Shown here piece after piece: positions 62,534 through 64,000 of a stretch of 64,000 nucleotides of DNA (within the stretch, counting starts at the first letter, position 1; each line of letters starts with the position of its first letter). The translations under genes and the position numbers were made by a program. The stretch covers positions 2,208,001 through 2,272,000 of the forward strand of contig OZ255721.1 in NCBI GenBank assembly GCA_965277285.1, read 5' to 3'. The DNA comes from Abditibacteriaceae bacterium. GTDB lineage: Bacteria; Armatimonadota; Abditibacteriia; Abditibacteriales; Abditibacteriaceae. The notes under the pieces were generated by a model, which saw only the letters and a list, made by a program, of their open reading frames with translations, ran no database searches and was not told the DNA's origin.

Positions 62534-64000
62534 AATTGACGCGCCTGGTGTGGCATCATCGCAAAGCGGTTCTGACCTTGGTTCTCATTTCGTGCTTGCT
62601 GGGCGGCTACTTTTCGGCGCATTTGCCGGTCGCCATCTTTCCTCAATTGACGGTTCCGCGCATCGTGATTTCGGGCGATGCGGGCGACATCCCGATTGAC
62701 GCGACCGTCACGCAAGTCACGCGACCGATTGAAGCCGCCGTCAGCACGGTTCCCGGCGTGACGCGCGTCGCTTCGACGACCAGTCACGGCAGCAACGGTT
62801 TAGATGTCACGTTCGCGTCCGGCACCGATATGCAGTTGGCGCTGCAACACGTTCAGGGCAAAATATCTGAAATCCGTTCGACCTTGCCCGCGGGCGCCAA
62901 TGTCACCGCCGCAGTGATCAATCCCTCGATTTTTCCGATCATGGGCTACAGCCTGAGTTCGGATCATCTGAGCCTGGTCGAACTGCGACGATTGGCGATT
63001 TACACGATTCGTCCGCGATTGGCGCGCTTGCCTGGCGTGGCGCAAATTCGCATCACGGGCGGCGATACGCCGGAGTTTTTGCTGTCGGTTCGACCCGAAG
63101 CTTTGTCCGCGCGCGGCCTGACTTTGCAAGACGTTCAAGATGCCGTCGCCAAAGCGAACAACATTTCGTCCGTCGGGCAATTCGATTACTCGTATCAGCG
63201 CTACGAGATTTTTGTGTCGGGGCTTCTGCGCGATGAAAACGATTTGCGCAACGTCACAGTGGCGACCAAAGGCAACGTTCCGGTTCTGGTTTCCGACATC
63301 GCCGATGTCTCGCGCACCGTCGCGCAACCGACGATTTTAGCGAGCGGCAATGGCAAGCCGGGCGTTGTTTTGAATGTCATCAAGCAGCCGGAAGCGAACA
63401 CGATCCAAGTCGCTCAGGAAGTGCGCGACGCCTTGCAGGAATTGGGCAAAACCTTGCCGCGCGGCGTTACCACGTCGTCTTTTTATGACCAGTCGCAAAT
63501 CGTGCAGGAATCCGAAAGCAGCGTCATCGAATCGATTCTGATCGGCGGCGTGCTGGCGCTTATGGTTTTGATGCTGTTTTTGGGCAACGGGCGCGCCGCG
63601 ACAATCGTGCTTTTGCTGCTGCCTTTGACGCTGCTCATCACGTTTAGCCTGATGAAACTTTTGGGCGAAACGCTCAACATTATGACGCTGGGCGCGCTCG
63701 CTGTCGCACTCGGTTTGGTGATTGATGACGGCATTGTCGTGGTCGAAAACATGTTCCACGAACTGGAACAAGGACGTTCGCGTCCCACCGCCATTGTCGC
63801 GGGTTTGCAGGCGATCACGCCCGCTATGGTCGGTTCGTCGCTGACGACGATGGTGGCTTTTCTGCCGCTGACTTTTTTGGGCGGCGTAACCGGACAATTC
63901 TTCGCGCCGCTGGCCATTGTCATGGTTGCCACGTTGTTTGTGTCACTGGTTCTGGCGCTTTTATTGACGCCGATTTTAGCCGATTATCTGTTGCCGTCCA
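62530..64000 (+). CDS. RND efflux permease (CusA/AcrB family), 3'-truncated by window edge
   Basis: Own translation from ATG 62530: LPVAIFPQL...VTRPIEAAV...LNIMTLGALAVALGLVIDDGIVVVEN. Confidence 0.92.
   Translation, partial: MKLTRLVWHHRKAVLTLVLISCLLGGYFSAHLPVAIFPQLTVPRIVISGDAGDIPIDATVTQVTRPIEAAVSTVPGVTRVASTTSHGSNGLDVTFASGTDMQLALQHVQGKISEIRSTLPAGANVTAAVINPSIFPIMGYSLSSDHLSLVELRRLAIYTIRPRLARLPGVAQIRITGGDTPEFLLSVRPEALSARGLTLQDVQDAVAKANNISSVGQFDYSYQRYEIFVSGLLRDENDLRNVTVATKGNVPVLVSDIADVSRTVAQPTILASGNGKPGVVLNVIKQPEANTIQVAQEVRDALQELGKTLPRGVTTSSFYDQSQIVQESESSVIESILIGGVLALMVLMLFLGNGRAATIVLLLLPLTLLITFSLMKLLGETLNIMTLGALAVALGLVIDDGIVVVENMFHELEQGRSRPTAIVAGLQAITPAMVGSSLTTMVAFLPLTFLGGVTGQFFAPLAIVMVATLFVSLVLALLLTPILADYLLPS

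Overview
Bacterial chromosomal window of moderately high GC. The DUF1559 prepilin-type gene and overall gene content suggest an Armatimonadota/Abditibacteriota-like organism (inference). Core-like segments: 1-22.6 kb (scpA partial, M50 protease, lysA, serC, NlpC/P60, two PilT-family ATPases, glutaminyl cyclase, tRNA-His, GH13, diguanylate cyclase), 37.4-46.8 kb (four-gene two-component cluster with a poly-HAMP hybrid kinase) and 51.3-64 kb (MacAB-TolC-like and RND efflux clusters). Accessory segments at about 22.9-37.4 kb and 47-51.2 kb hold IS5 elements, GH76 and GH64 enzymes with ricin lectin modules, pseudogenes, a tyrosine recombinase and a broken DUF4160/DUF2442 pair. The most striking signal is not a gene. 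The 12-bp palindrome TCGAGTACTCGA (often ATCGAGTACTCGAT) occurs 31 times exactly and about 19 times with one mismatch by my manual count. It lies in intergenic DNA and in all three reading frames of genes, is spaced about every 1 kb in core DNA, and is scarce in apparently acquired DNA. This resembles a HIP1/uptake-sequence-like genome-wide signal that I do not recognise as described. All counts were made by eye and need computational confirmation.
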